Part shown: positions 41,238 to 55,300 of the stretch, in pieces
Layout: each line of letters starts with the position of its first letter
How positions within the stretch are numbered: position 1 is the stretch's first letter
NCBI GenBank assembly: GCA_964035545.1
Contig: OZ037770.1
Span: 15,366,642 to 15,430,641, forward strand
DNA: 64,000 nucleotides
Origin: Bugula neritina
Lineage: Eukaryota; Animalia; Bryozoa
Reading direction: 5' to 3'
Position numbers and translations under genes: made by a program
The notes under the pieces: model-generated
Told to the model about the DNA's origin: nothing
Databases searched by the model: none
What the model saw: the letters and a program-made list of their open reading frames with translations, nothing else

Positions 41238-44044
41238 CAAACTTCCTTTCACCAGTCAAGTTTGAACATGTCTTCAAAACCTGCGTCTAAGATGGTTACA
41301 TTTCGCAAACAAAATATTATGTGTCTTTAGATTGTTTTGAAGATGTTAATAAATTGTTTCGAGTACACAACATAGTCTGGTGTTTGAAGTTAATTGGAAA
41401 TTTTCAGCTGAATTTTAGATAACTTTATTAACATGCAATTATAACTGACAGCTAAATCATATATAGAGAGTACGGTGAGATATAGCATAAGAAATTGAAC
41501 ATAAAATTATATACTCAGTTGTCCTTTAGAAATGTCTTTAGATATTTGATGACATATATAAATAACTAAAAATGTTTTATCTGCCTATAATATATGATTG
41601 TAAAACAAACAAAAACTTAACAAAAAACTGCTATACTTCTTTAAAGTATAATTTGTGTGTTTTTAATAAACTCTGGTTTTAAGCAGACATTGGGTTAAAA
41701 CATATAAAACTCATGTCTCTATATATTTCGTTTAAAAAAAACATGCATAATCTATAAACATTATTATATAAACTTCACTGCATGAATTCATTTAATTTCA
41801 ACCAAGTTTTATACCATCAAAAGTTGTAGTTAGAAATTTAGTTTATGTAAGATAAAAATTTTTAAATTACATTGTTAGTTATTTTTAACTTTCAGCTATA
41901 CATATCACAGACTAGGTTACAAGATTTATATCAAGTTATATATGGTATAATATAATAAATATATAAACATAGCTGGTGTAATGCAGTATCATAATATATA
42001 GCATATAACAACACACAATGTAATATAATGTAGTAAAATAAGTTACATAACAACCTTGTATTATGATATAATATGTAACATAATATAGTTTGATATGGAA
42101 TAATAATATTATATACTACAATACAGTAAACTGTATTTTAATTGATACTATATATAATATAATACAGTGTAACATAATCTTATATTCAAGCCGTTTGTCC
42201 ATGTGCACTTATTCTGGTAGTTTTCCATAGTTTGTTATAGCGGCTGTCGTTTACTGACAGTAACATTTACACAGGCAAAGTAATTATTTTGTAAGCCTAA
42301 ATCATTACAAAATAAAAAATTGTAAAAGTCTTTACTTGGATTATCAAATTACAATTTATAGTCTCATAAATTTCTACTCAGCCAGGTTTTGCTTTATTCT
42401 GTCCAGATGTGAGCTCATTATATTCTAATTATGTAAGAAGCAGACATTTTGTTTTTACGAACCAACACCAAAAGTCGTTGGTTGACCTGCGCCTTGCAAA
42501 AAATGATGCAGCTGCCCAATCGGTCAACTGAATTTTGATTATATATATATTTGATTTATGAGGTAGAAGCTCTCATTGTTCTATTTCAAAATACTCGTAG
42601 CTATAGGTCTCTGTCACTAAAAAGCTTATTTTGAAAACTATATAAAGTAATTGTGATGCTTAAAAGATTCTCCCTTCTGTTCACTAAAGCAACTCATATA
42701 ATTTAGAATCCAAACTCTAAGCGTGCCAGAAGACAACTGCTTCAATATGTTTCTGGCCTACAGTGTGAAGCTGAGATTGTTAAACAAATCTAGTGTGACA
42801 ACTCAATCATGCAAAAGTATCACAAATTGTAAATTCTGCATCAAATTTAGCCAAAAATATCTCCTAGTTTGATTTTGAAAATAGCGCATTCTTCTCTACT
42901 TATTTAATTTACCTTCACGACGTCCTCCTTCTTAGGGTGGGGGTTGAGTTGATTGTTTAAGCCTCAGGTTTTTTGCTTTTGAAGTACGGTTTCATTTTTA
43001 TAATCACATTGAGTGCATTTCTAAAGTTACAGAGATTAGTAACACCTCAATGGTTGACAATTGACAGATGGTTGCAGGTGCTTGAGAGTAATCCTATACA
43101 CATAGCTATAAGCGATAAAACCTGCTGCTATATATACATTTATCGGTTTCCTTTTGATTGAAAGCCGATATAGTGTAAATTAGGCATGGTGTGGGTACGA
43201 TTGATTGGATTGTTAAAATTATATTAAATTAATTAGTGACGCAGCAAATAATTCTTATATGTGTTTTCAAAAGATATAATACGTTTTTATTATAAAGAGG
43301 CAGTGCATTGCTTCAGCTAAGCCTTGGTTTTTGTACCACTTGATTAGAATTGCTAGAATTTTCTAAACTGTAGTAGAATAATTGAAAGTGGCTAAACTGA
43401 TGTACTAATGGTAATATATACAAGTAGTTTTAATACAGTATAATAAACTTGAAGTATCACGATGCATTGCACTTAAAATAGTAAACAGTTCACAGAGTAC
43501 ATTAGTGTGACAACTCCTTTATAGGCTAAGTTGTGAAATATAGTGGTTTTACTCCTTGTTGTACTATATGCAGCATTACAAAATTTTCACCCTATATTTC
43601 ACCTTATATATAGTAAAATTACTACAATGGTGACTATATGTCACTGGAGTGTTTTTGATATAAAAGAATTAAAAAGTGCAGCAATGCATATACCCCATGT
43701 CATAAGGTTTATAGCTGGCAGCAATCCTTCATGCTAAATTAGTAACAAACTAAAATAGAATATTGCTCACTTAGGTTGCTCAAATACCAATAATAACTTA
43801 TGTATCAGTGTGCATGTAAGCTTTAGGTTTTGTCAAAGAGCATACCTTTGTACTCTTTGCTCAAGATAATAAAATAGATCAAATCTAAGCATATTAGAAG
43901 TTGTTTTTCTCAAGGAGAGACAACTCTCAAAGAGTTGCTACTGTGTACTGAGCAATGCTAACGTGACACTCTATCATTGCTCAGCAACCAAAGCCACAAA
44001 AATGAGTTCAAGTCTATTTTGCTTCACAATTTTATTATAGGAGA

Positions 44045-44297
44045 CAACAACTCTTAATGTAAGAGAGGACATTGCAGCTAGGGGACCGCAACTCTTAATG
44101 TGAGAGAGGGACATTGCAGCTAGGGGACCACAACTCTTAAGGTGAGAGAGGGACATTGCAGCTAGGAGACCACAACTCCTAATGTAAGAGAGGGACATTG
44201 CAGCTAGGGGACCACAACTCTTAATGTAAGAGAGGGACATTGCAGCTAGGGGACCACAACTCTTAATGTAAGAGAGGGACATTGCAGCTAGGGGACC
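44045..44297. repeat. 42-bp minisatellite, about 6 copies
   Basis: Unit ACAACTCTTAATGTAAGAGAGGGACATTGCAGCTAGGGGACC. Confidence 0.92.
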
Positions 44298-44514
44298 TCT
44301 GAAAAAAGTTTATTATAGATGATGAATGCCTATTTCTGCAAACTTGATAAATGGCAGGTCGTGGAAACTAAAACTACAAACATTAAATGCTATAGCAGCT
44401 TACTATATAATGCTAAGACCTGTAAAACTAAATCAACGTATTTTAATTAAGTCTTATTCAAGTTCATTTCGAATTGGTGAAAAATGCCAAAAATAGGCTG
44501 CATCATAATATGTA

Positions 44515-45843
44515 GGGGTAACGGGGGCACAACGGTCATAGGGGTACAAAAAGCCGACCAAATTGTGAGAGAACTTATTGACTTAGAGTTGTGATTTTTT
44601 TTCATAAAAAGATATTGACAAAATTATTTGGTCTTTGTAGTTTCAACACTTGCTGAATATAAATGTTGAAAAGGCGAGTAAAAAACTGTTTTTACCTACT
44701 TTTTGTAAATTTTTTAGGATGTCATTAAAGCTTTATAACTTTTTACACCCAAAAGCAAGAAGCCTATATTTTACCAATATTGTTGCCATTGCTTGTCTCT
44801 ACATTGCTTAACTAATATAACAGCAAACACTGAAATAAATTTTTCTTGAGGCACATTTATTTTCAATTTGGCCACACGGGGCACAATGGGCCACGCTGAC
44901 CGAGGCACAATGGGCCACCTGATTATTGCACCCTGACTACTGTTATTAGTTTGTTTGCCAAAAAAGTTGGTTGAAATGTTACTAAAATTTATAGATATAG
45001 CCATTTCTGACCTTTTTGTAAAATATTAAAGACATCATGGTAAGACTACAAAACTACAAGTTGAAGCTCCCTTAATATATATACATCTGGTGAGGTTAAA
45101 GCTTTGCCATTTTATACATAATACAAAACACTCTGCTGTTGCTACTAGTAGATAGTTATAATAATCATTATATATTACACCATTGAAAGAATATACATGT
45201 ATTTGGCTAAAATAAATTGTGATTTGCTCATTCGCTCCCCCCTCTCCCTTCCGTTCTCCAGTCACCAACCTCAGCCATGCATGCTCCTTATAGCTATACA
45301 GTTCATAGAAAAAAGTCCACTCGGAATTTTGTAGTACATGTTACTAAAGTTTTTTTTTAATAAACGTTCCTCTGAGGTAAAAATAACAGAATATATTTAG
45401 TTCTAAACAGTAATGATAATGGCACTGCAGAACCGAGTGACGTGCGTTTGATTTTGCCTTCTTCTGCTATCTGTAGTGGCACAAACTGTACAGCTAAAAC
45501 ATGAATTTTGCTGTAGATCTGAAAGAGTATCTGTATTTATTTGTAATATTAAATAAATAAAGATCAGATGTAACAAAATACCAAAAATTTCAATATATTT
45601 GTTGTGTCCCACCCAGTGGCCCATATTGTACCCCGGTACCGGGGCACAATGGGCCAATTTTTTCGTCATGAATATTTCATTATTCTGAAAGTTGTGAGAG
45701 ACCGAGATAGAAACAACAAACTGGTACCTGTAACAGACAACAGATGCAGCATTAAGACTAGAGATTATTGAACTAGTAACTTAAAAAGCAGACAAATGAG
45801 AGCAACAAATGCAAAATTCGGCCCGTTGTGCCCCCGTTACCCC
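44515..45843. mobile_element. Non-autonomous Tc1/mariner-superfamily (pogo-like) DNA transposon, 1329 bp
   Basis: Perfect 21-bp TIR GGGGTAACGGGGGCACAACGG; TA on both flanks; internal GGCACAATGGGCCA repeats near 44880, 44905 and 45643; no transposase ORF. Confidence 0.88.
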
Positions 45844-45930
45844 TATAGTCGAACAGTGCACGCTTACGCGTGTACCGGTGCGTTGCTATATACCAGCTTT
45901 TATTCAAAATAATGAGCTTTGTGGCCTAAG

Positions 45931-46252
45931 ATTGGCAAACCTTATAGTTCTAAAGCCTTGAAACATATTTTGGTGAATTTTTAAGGACAGCTATAATTCT
46001 GCAGATTCAGGTGTATATCTTGATTCAAATTAGTCTGTCTTAGAAATTTTTTCATTGCAACATTAGCAAGTGGCAGATAAAAGCTATAAGACCTTATAGC
46101 TTTTATCTGCCACTTGCTAATGTTGCAATGAGAGAAATTCTAAAACAGACTAATTTGAATCAAGATATACACCTGAATCTGCAGAATTATAGCTGTCCTT
46201 AAAAATTCATTAAAATATGTTTCAAGGCTTTATACAACTATAAGGTTAGCCA
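45931..46252. repeat. Fold-back inverted duplication of about 320 bp (arms about 160 bp, 2-nt spacer at 46091-46092)
   Basis: Arms are near-identical reverse complements; the right arm resembles 59873-60040 in direct orientation. Confidence 0.9.
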
Positions 46253-49220
46253 GTTTTCATACTTTCTCCCTGTTTTTAAAAAACTAAACAGAAAACTAAA
46301 CGTCGTTAGTATAAACAACTTTATTTTTTAATGCACCTTATCACTATATAATTGTCAAGTATAAAAGTACCAGCTTATATTATTTTAGATTTTTTTTTAT
46401 ACATTAATAGCAGCAATTTGTAGATAACATTACGTAATTATGTTGGTTATAGAAATGCATTTATAGTTATATTATTATAGAAGCGATAGTATATATGGTG
46501 TTTTATCAACCTTAATTTTTTATTTGCTTACAATCACTGCTACTTTGAATAAATTTAATTGTAATATAATGTAAATATTATCATTGTGAGTAATCCTGCT
46601 GCGAAACATTAGTTGGATTTTTTTGTTATGCTTCTAATGAAAAACTAGATTTACATTTTCAGTCTGATATATACAGTCACAAGCATCTAGTAATTACTGT
46701 TATAGTAGTAGTATAGTCACTAATCACTTAAGGCTAAAAGAAAAAAAGTAACTATATACTTTAGTTAGTGACATTAAAGTTGATGATCGTATAAACAACA
46801 ACTCATTTATTGGTTTACAAAATTAATATTTTATTTTGACTTTGAAAAATGTTGTAATTGCATATTTTTAATTACAAATAAATTATTGAATTTACCAATT
46901 TTAATCTATAACAGTACCTAATCATAACAATATTAGGGTTTTTATTAATTGATTTCATTTATTTCAACAGCATGTATCAGGTTAGAAGTATTATGAAAGG
47001 AATTCTCTATGATGCATCAACATTTATGTTATAACTGTTATTTGATACTAATTTTAAAAAATAATATAGAAATATTTCATGCATGCTTTAGTAAATTTTT
47101 GTTTCACTATGATTATATTATTTAAGTAGAATATTTGAGTTTTAGAAATGACAAAATTTTTTATGAAGCATAACGGCTTTTGACACTTTATAATATTTAA
47201 AAAACAATAAAATAGAGTCGAAACGGCTATATCTAATATTTTATTTTAGCACCCAGCATCACCAAGTGTTAATTATATTAAACTACCAGCTTATTTACAA
47301 CCTGTTTTATATATAACTAAATGACAGTAATATAAATAACATTGTATTATATTATTTTGCTGGTTGAAGGGTGCAGTAATTAAAGACACGTGCTGGTACG
47401 CAAATTGAAAAATTTATTCTGTCTGATATATTAATAATTGAATCAGTCGTGACATTAGAGGATATGGGTGAGCAATGGGTGCAAAAAATAGCAATACTGT
47501 TGATAATTATTTTTGGGATGTTGTGCTCAATATTTATATAAAATACTATCATTATATAAACTTTAGAGGTTAAACAAATTAAGTTTACTTACTTTTCCTT
47601 AGCCAAAACTAAGTTGCTCTTACCACACATTGCATCTATTAGAAATCGTCACCATGTATGTATGTATGCATGTATAGAGTTGCATGGCTGACTTACAAAT
47701 TCAATCAATATCTACAAAATAAAATATTAAAAACAGTATTTTTAAAAAAAAAACATTGAATCATGAAAACGGCTGTATGTGTATTTGCAATAATTTACAT
47801 CAAAATCACAAGTGATTCAATTTACTTATCATTCGTCAGTACAGTAAGTATTTGTAATATTTTGAAACCATTTCATAAATTCTCTACTCACAGCTGAATA
47901 ATATTATTAAAAGTCAAACTAATATATATGTTATAACTCTTTACAACCTGCAACATTTCTATAGATGGAAGTTGCTAAAATTTGTGAAAAAAGTTTTTTA
48001 AAAACCAGACAAAAAAAGTTGTACCAATTAGAACCAATTCACAAAAAGTACAATATTATAGCCATTTTTAAACTTCTTAAATAATCAGCTTTATATAAAG
48101 AAATGCTGACAATATTGTGATTATCATATTATTAAGATGGCACATGTTAGGCATCACAACTATATTCTCTTTTCACAAATAAACATGTCTCAATATATAA
48201 AAACTAACACACTGTACCTCAACGCCACATAGATCAGGCTTGGCACTCTCGATCTCTTTGGTTTTTGAAAAAGCCAAAAATATAATTGAATTAGCCATGA
48301 AGTTTTTTATTTTTAGTAGAGTGCATCACAAAGTGTCAAGTTTAAAATTACTGTTTTTTTCGCACTTCATTTCATAAATAGGTGGCAATCGTATGAATAG
48401 CAATATAGAAGTTTGCTAATGGACATATTCAGTGGTTATTTAAATGTACTGATATAAAATTATAACTTTTGTTCGGCTTTGTATTATTGGATTATAGTTT
48501 AAACAGCTATAAAGTACATTTTGACTTTAGACAATTACACAGTTCTGTAAATAACAATAATTAATAATTATCACTATATTCTATAAGCATGGCTTCTTTC
48601 ATGACCATGATGTAACTTTCAATAAACTTTCTATACATTTTGCAACAGCTTAGATATGTATAACACAGAAGAATCTTTCTAATAGCTTAAATACTTTCAA
48701 TAAAGACAGGTTACAGCTAGTTTACACATACGTATATGGTAAAAGTTCATATCTTTTAAAAAAATCAAACATTTGTACAAACATGAAATTATAGTGCTTC
48801 AAAATATTCAGAAGTTTTGATGATAGCATATAATGTTATTTAAATTAGAGTAAAAGCTCATTTCTGCTAACTTGATGGCAGGTCATGGAAACTAAAACTA
48901 GAAACATGAATCATTATTATAGCAGCATATTACATAGCAAATAGTGCTGCGTAAAGTCAATTTAACATTTTTCAATTAATTCTTTAGTTCTATTTTAAAT
49001 TAGTAAAAACCTACCAAAGAATAGGCTACAAGGTTACACAGCAGACACTTGCCACGTGTACTGGTGTGTTGCTACCAGCTTTCAATTAAAATACTGTTTC
49101 CTTTTATAGAAATGTCCTCACCACGGGTATAGTATATAAAGGGGAGAGTTGATTACACAAAATCATAACAGTTATATCATACAGATTATCAGTATCTGAT
49201 TTTATACAAAGAGAAACAAT

Positions 49221-49708
49221 ATGAAGCTCGCAATCTTTACTCTGTTTGTTTTAGCATTAGCTTATCTTCATCCATCTGAAGCTGGTGAGTATATACCATG
49301 TTTACTGACTGTTAATTAGGTGTAATGTTTGTTTTTCATTTCAAAATATTTCAACTTTGTCTCTCAAGAACAACACACGCATTTTTTTCATCCCATATCG
49401 TGTGATATTAAAATTTACGAACTCTGCTAGACAAGTATGAAACATTATCAAAGCACAAATATAGACTGGATAACAAAAAGTGTTTTTCACATATATAATT
49501 GTGCACATTAATATAATTATCATATTATATTATTATATATAATTATCTGCTGTTGATTTCAGGATCATTTGGAACTTGCCCACCACCAGATTCTCTTCCT
49601 AGAATCTGTCAGTCAGATTGTGCCAGTCACCTTCATTGCCGTCCAGGAAATCTATGCTGCTTCAATGGTTGTGCGCATATTTGCGTAGATCCCACTGGCA
49701 TTTATTAG
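49221..49708 (+). CDS. Secreted single WAP-domain peptide; exons 49221-49284, 49563-49708
   Basis: MKLAIFTLFVLALAYLHPSEA | GSFGTCPPPDSLPRICQSDCASHLHCRPGNLCCFNGCAHICVDPTGIY*. Confidence 0.92.
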
Positions 49709-50037
49709 AGAGAAACACAGCAATTGTGTCTGGAATATTTGTGCTCTTGTTTTTTCAAAATTATTGTAATAATTTTGTAAAATCCTAGAGCTATAAATAA
49801 AACATATTCAGTGACTCTGCATATCAGCCTACTCTCTGTTGCTTACTCCAACATTTAAATCACAGACAGCAACTGTATATATATATTGATAAAGTCATAC
49901 ATTAAAGTGATAACTGATTCAGTCTATTATAGCTCTCTGTGGTACCTTTGAACCACTTGACAGAGCATTACTTAAGTGCTGAATAATGATAATACAATAC
50001 AAGCTTATACCCCAACTGTTAATGAGCTACACAGTGC

Positions 50038-50190
50038 AGATTGATTGATTGATTGATTGATTTATTACATATCACAAACATGAAGACACGTTGCAAAATT
50101 CAGTGTTCACTAGGTTCCTCTTGGCGGCGAGAAACCTTCCACCAAATATTCCAATGACTGAAGTCCTTCTGCTTGTTGGGAAATCTAAAT
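50038..50190 (-). mobile_element. Possible LINE/SINE 3' tail
   Basis: Minus strand ends AATAAAT(CAAT)n, a tail form typical of L2/CR1-type retroposons; no ORF support. Confidence 0.35.
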
Positions 50191-52607
50191 AAAAATTACT
50201 GCAGTAGCTAAAATTATTTACAAACTGATATGTTATGCTTTATCAATGGTGCAACCTATTTAATCTTTAAAAAGTTTAGACTCTTAGGCAACAGTAAAAT
50301 CTAACATCAATCAACAGAAGATTTTCAATATTTATGAAAGATAAAGCAGATATAAAGCAGGGCAAAAAAAACAAAGTTCAAAAGTGAGATTCACTCAATC
50401 GAAATAATGGACGACCTTCTCAATTTTCCCTGCCAGAATTCTGGCATGTTCCGGCTCACAAAGCCAATCGGCAACGAGGTTACATTACAAAGTGCACCTT
50501 TACCCATTCCAATTAATATTATTGAGCTCATTGGTTATATGTGTGAAATGTAATTAGGTCAAGTGTAACATAAGGTGTTATTATGAAATATTTCCCCTTC
50601 AATTTTGCCTTCCAATGCAAGTAGGATAATGTACATCGGAGTTATGACCTCCTGATAGAATTAGAGTTAGTTTTTTACTGGTGCATCTGTGCACGTGGTG
50701 TGTGCACGTGGTGTGTGCATGTGGTGTGTGCACGTGGTGTGTGCATGTGTGTATTCATCTGATTTATTGTATATATGACATAGGTCTTTCAAGCAATACA
50801 ATAGGATGTTAAACTAATTGAAATAGCACAATCTTTTAAAAAGTTTCCTCTCCTTTGCTGAATTTACACAGGGAATATGGCTGAATTCTGTGAAATGGTT
50901 TAGGATTTTATAATACAATTAAGTAGCGTAATTTATATATTTATATTCAGTTTTTGCAATGCAGGTTTTCTAAACTCTACATTTGCACTGCAAATACACC
51001 AGTGCACTGCTTTTTTTAAAATTCTGAATGAATAAAGTTATCCTCCAAAACATGTTCCAACCTTTCATCTGCGATGCATATATAAATTTTACCTCTCAAA
51101 AAAAGACCCAAACAGATTTGCCAACATACAAAATCAAAATTCAACAAAAGCAAATAGTGTCTATCTTAACTTCAAAACATGCTTGTTCACAACATTATAT
51201 TGACATAAACTCCAAAAAACATGTAATTCCAAAACCACAAGGTATTACTTCTGAAAGCCTTGAAAGCATCCTGAGATTCTGATGCTTTGGAAACTTTTTT
51301 GACTTTTAATTGCAACTTTTGTAAATTAAAGGTTATTGAGTGATATATATATATATATATACTAGGTGTCATCCCAGATAGACCGTGCCCAGTTATAGAT
51401 GCTACGCTAAATTTCCCACTTGGACGCTTAACCCAGATATATGGCCAATATTTATTTATTTTGGCGCAACATATAATATATTATATGTGCAATTTATTTG
51501 AATAATATTGAAATATATTATGTAAGTTTAAACAAAGTTAGATCAATTGTTTGTTATCTTATAGCACATGAGTAAATTCCTGTGATCAGCTTTGACTTAT
51601 CAATTTTGCATACTCTATACCTCTTGTTGTTTGCAAAATGTTTCGTTAACAAGTATATATGCATTAAAAACAATGTCTATTACCAACTTATATTACTGTT
51701 TTTGCCCCAAGCAATTCTGAGAAAAGTGGACTATTATTCTAGATACGCTATATTAGCTATTATAGCTATTAGCATATTAGCTAGTTAGCAATCAATCTTT
51801 AGCTTTTATATACATTATTATGGTACCAAATTAAAAAATAATGTCTAACTGGGAAGCTACTATCTTGGATGAAACCATATACTACAGTTTTAAAAGAAAA
51901 GTGCCAAGTACCATATATTCCCCTTAAGTGCAACCCCAAATCTGCACTCCTTCACCCTTCACCCAAACCTCTTAAATAGCCCCCTATTTCTCCCATTACA
52001 AACCCCAATATTACAGACTTTTCCAAATTTGCTATTATCATGCACCTGAACCATTATTACCTGTGACATTTTTACCTGCGGGAACTTTATCTGCACAATG
52101 TTTACCATTATATACTCACGGCACTATTTTATTCAATGACTGCTTCATATAAAATACCACTTATTATACTATAAGTTAATATAGCACTTTATTTATAATG
52201 TTACAATAATTATCTTTCAGCTGATATGCTTTCAGCTAATGCTGAAGAGATTCAACATAATAAATAACTTAATCATCAGCATATAATCACTTAACATACT
52301 TGCTAATTGACAATTATATAAGTATCAGTTTACTATACTATCATTATATGAGATCATAGCAAAGTATGCAACTTTTATTTGAAAATATTCAAGGTATTGA
52401 GGTAAAATATGTATAAAAATGTGTAAGTATAAATAGCTGAACGTCTGATTTGACCAAAAAAATATAACTAAAACTTAATAGTTTGTTATTCAACTTATAC
52501 CATCAGTGATTCAAAGTTTAGGCTACAGCAGCTATCATTAATAGGAATGAGCTGGGCTTATACCAATGCCTTGGTGAGTGCAAAGAAAGATTATATCAAA
52601 GAGCTAT

Positions 52608-52733
52608 ATTGTGGGGGTGCCAACATGCAAAAAGGAGATTAGTAGAATGTTGGCTTCGCAGTGATATATAGCGACAAAGGTTAGTATTGATGTAATCCAC
52701 CCGCCCATTTTTCCATGTTGGCACCCTCACAAT
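52608..52733. mobile_element. MITE-like element in promoter; partial copy at 54318-54410
   Basis: ATTGTGGGGGTGCCAACATG...CATGTTGGCACCCTCACAAT inverted ends; absent from the paralogous promoter near 56435; TSD not clean. Confidence 0.65.
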
Positions 52734-52895
52734 TAGGGTTGTTATGATCAAATTGTTCAAAGATTTTAGTCAGCTTAGCTGTTATTGAAAAAGAACTGCA
52801 ACAAGTATATTATATAAAGAAACGGTTCGTCTATACACAAGCATTACTAGCAAACAAGTGGTTTAAGTATCAGCTGTTAAACAGAAAGAATTAAA

Positions 52896-53600
52896 ATGAA
52901 GCTCACAATCTTCACTCTGCTTGTCTTTGCATTTGCTTGTCTTTACACATCTGAAGTTTGTGAGTATATATACAATGTTACGTGTTAAGTTATTTTTTAA
53001 GATGAAGCTTTACTACAAAATAGTTTAAGTATCTATAGCAATGACGGTCAACATAGGATTTGTATAACATGTCTATTCATGCATGGCAATTTTAAAACTC
53101 ACTCAATCTTTTTTGTATATTTTTATATGCAAAACAGAAAAAAACAACTTTGTCATAGAAACAAATATGTCTATTTTTCTACCAAACACTTTATCTAGTA
53201 TATTTGCAAAACAAAACTTGATTGAGTAGATTAGGTAAGCTGCAAGCTTTCTATGATTTACAAGCAACAAACCTTGGTAGAACTTTATAGCAACATGTTT
53301 GTGAAAAAATATTTCCACATCTCCAGGGAGTTTTGCTGAAAAGATGATTATTTGTTGAATATTTAATTTTATTTCACATACAAGAACAAACCAGTTTTGT
53401 CAAATGAGGCATTTGTTAGCCGTGTCACTATAGTTTCTCAAAAATGACATCTGCTTTTGATTTTAGATTCTGGTGGAAACAGCAAAATCGGAATATCTTT
53501 TCCCGGATATTGTGGAGATAGATGTAGAGATAGCTCTGACTGTATTGATGGACGTCCCTGCCGTAATACAGACACCTGCTGGAGAAAGACATGCGTATAG
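52896..53600 (+). CDS. Secreted 6-Cys WAP variant lacking C1 and C6; exons 52896-52959, 53467-53600
   Basis: MKLTIFTLLVFAFACLYTSEV | YSGGNSKIGISFPGYCGDRCRDSSDCIDGRPCRNTDTCWRKTCV*. Confidence 0.85.
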
Positions 53601-54002
53601 GAGAGCGTTAATGGATAAATAGAAACATCAAGCTATAATCATGCAGCTGTAATTTGAATATTTCTCTCACTAATTTGTTAAAAAATGGAGTACTGGTTTT
53701 GCAAATTGAAAAAGTTAAATAAATAGAATTAAACTTTATTAGGCATAACTCTAAGTTGTTGCATGTTATCTATACAATTATTTGATACATAGAAATTGCT
53801 GTATGTATATATTTACAATGTGCTACATTAAAATGGTATTTGACTTTTGAATGGTTTTCGTTTTACCTCTTGTTTTATTAAACCATTTCTAAGTTAATTT
53901 AAAGCTGTCTTGTTATAGCATCTTACAGTCTGAGTTCTTATTGGCTGTTAGAATAATTCTACAAACTTTTTGCAATAAACTAACTACAAATTAAACCAAC
54001 TG

Positions 54003-54186
54003 AACTTAAACCAACATATGCAACAAACTGCTATATAGTTACTACCTGTTCACGCGGCTCAGTGATGTACAGAAACACATCAAAGAAAATGCTAGTGTAA
54101 ACTGAATATATATGGCAAACTACGTTTCGCACTTAATTAGCTCAGCTCAGGTTCTTGATACCCTCATAACAAGTTTGGCTGGCAAA
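54003..54186. mobile_element. Dispersed repeat of about 185 bp; inverted copy at 58770-58951
   Basis: GAAACACATCAAAGAAAATGCTAGTGTAAACTGAAT.. matches the reverse complement of the 58770-58951 segment. Confidence 0.75.
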
Positions 54187-54567
54187 TCAAATATTTAGAG
54201 TTTCATTGTCTTCATTGAAAAATGCTAAACCCATGTATATCCACCCCTCTCTCGAGAAACCCCTCCCCTCCCCCCCCTCCCCCAGATACAAAAAACGTAC
54301 TCACAGATCTGAAATTCAGTAGAATGTTGGCTTCGCAGTGATATATAGCAACAAAGGTTAGTATTGATGTGCTCCACCCGCCCATTTTTCCATGTTGGCA
54401 CCCCCACAATTAGGGTTGTTATGATCAAATTCTTCAAAGATTTTAATCAGTTTAGTTTTTATGGGAAAAGTACCAGCAAGTATATATAAAGAAAGGATTT
54501 GTCTATACACTAGCATTACTAGCAAACAAGTGGTTTAAGTATCAGCTGTTATACAGAAAGAATTAAA

Positions 54568-55300
54568 ATGAAGCTCACAATCTTCACTCTGCTTGTCTTT
54601 GCATTTGCTTGTCTTTACACATCTGAAGTTTGTGAGTATATATACAATGTTACGTGTTAAGTTATTTTTTAAGATGAAGCTTTACTACAAAATAGTTTAA
54701 GTATCTATAGCAATCACAGTCAACATAAGGTTTGTATATAATATGTCTGTTCATGCATGGCAATTTTAAAACTCACTCAATCTGTGTTGTATATTTTAAT
54801 ATGAAAAACAGAAAAAATGAACTTTGTCATAGAAAAGCTGGCATCGGTTACCTATGTTTTTATCAAAAACGATATATATATAGTACGAGTATATTTGCAA
54901 AACAAAACTTTATTGAGTAGATTAGGTAAGCTGCAAGCTTTCTATATAGTTTAAAAGCAACAAACCTTATCAGAACTTTATAGCAACATGTTTTTAAAAA
55001 AAAATTATACATCTCCAAAAAGTTTTGCTCAACAGATAACTATTCATTGAATATTTACTTTTATTTCACATACAAAAAAAATCAGTTTTGTCAAATAATA
55101 TATTTGTTAGCCGTGTATTTATAGTTTCTCAAAAATGACATCTGCTGTTGATTTTAGATTCTGTATATAAAAGGGGCTTCGGAACACATTTTTTCGAATT
55201 GTGTAGCCATGAATGTAAAGGTAAACAGGACTGTAGTCTAGAACAGTTCTGCACCTATACAAGCATGCTGAAGGCAAAAGACATGCCTCCCAGACCATAA
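54568..55300 (+). CDS. Duplicate of the 52896 gene with a frameshifted C-terminus (4 Cys; possible pseudogene); exons 54568-54631, 55158-55300
   Basis: Identical signal exon | YSVYKRGFGTHFFELCSHECKGKQDCSLEQFCTYTSMLKAKDMPPRP*; the ancestral ..C..KTC lies in another frame that also has a TGA. Confidence 0.65.

Noticed and set aside
43974-44282. 102-aa minus-strand ORF with 14-aa repeats; CRISPR-like appearance
   Set aside because: It is a 42-bp minisatellite with no unique spacers, in eukaryotic context
47764-47850. MKTAVCVFAII.. followed by gtaagt
   Set aside because: Weak hydrophobic core, phase-0 donor unlike all family members, no matching exon 2
48297-48340. ATGAAGTTTTTTATT resembling a family start
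   Set aside because: No signal peptide or donor follows; it lies in a flank repeated near 59550 where no ATG is present
51355-51440. ATACTAG plus a GC-richer stretch resembling a Helitron end
   Set aside because: No clear subterminal hairpin or second end found
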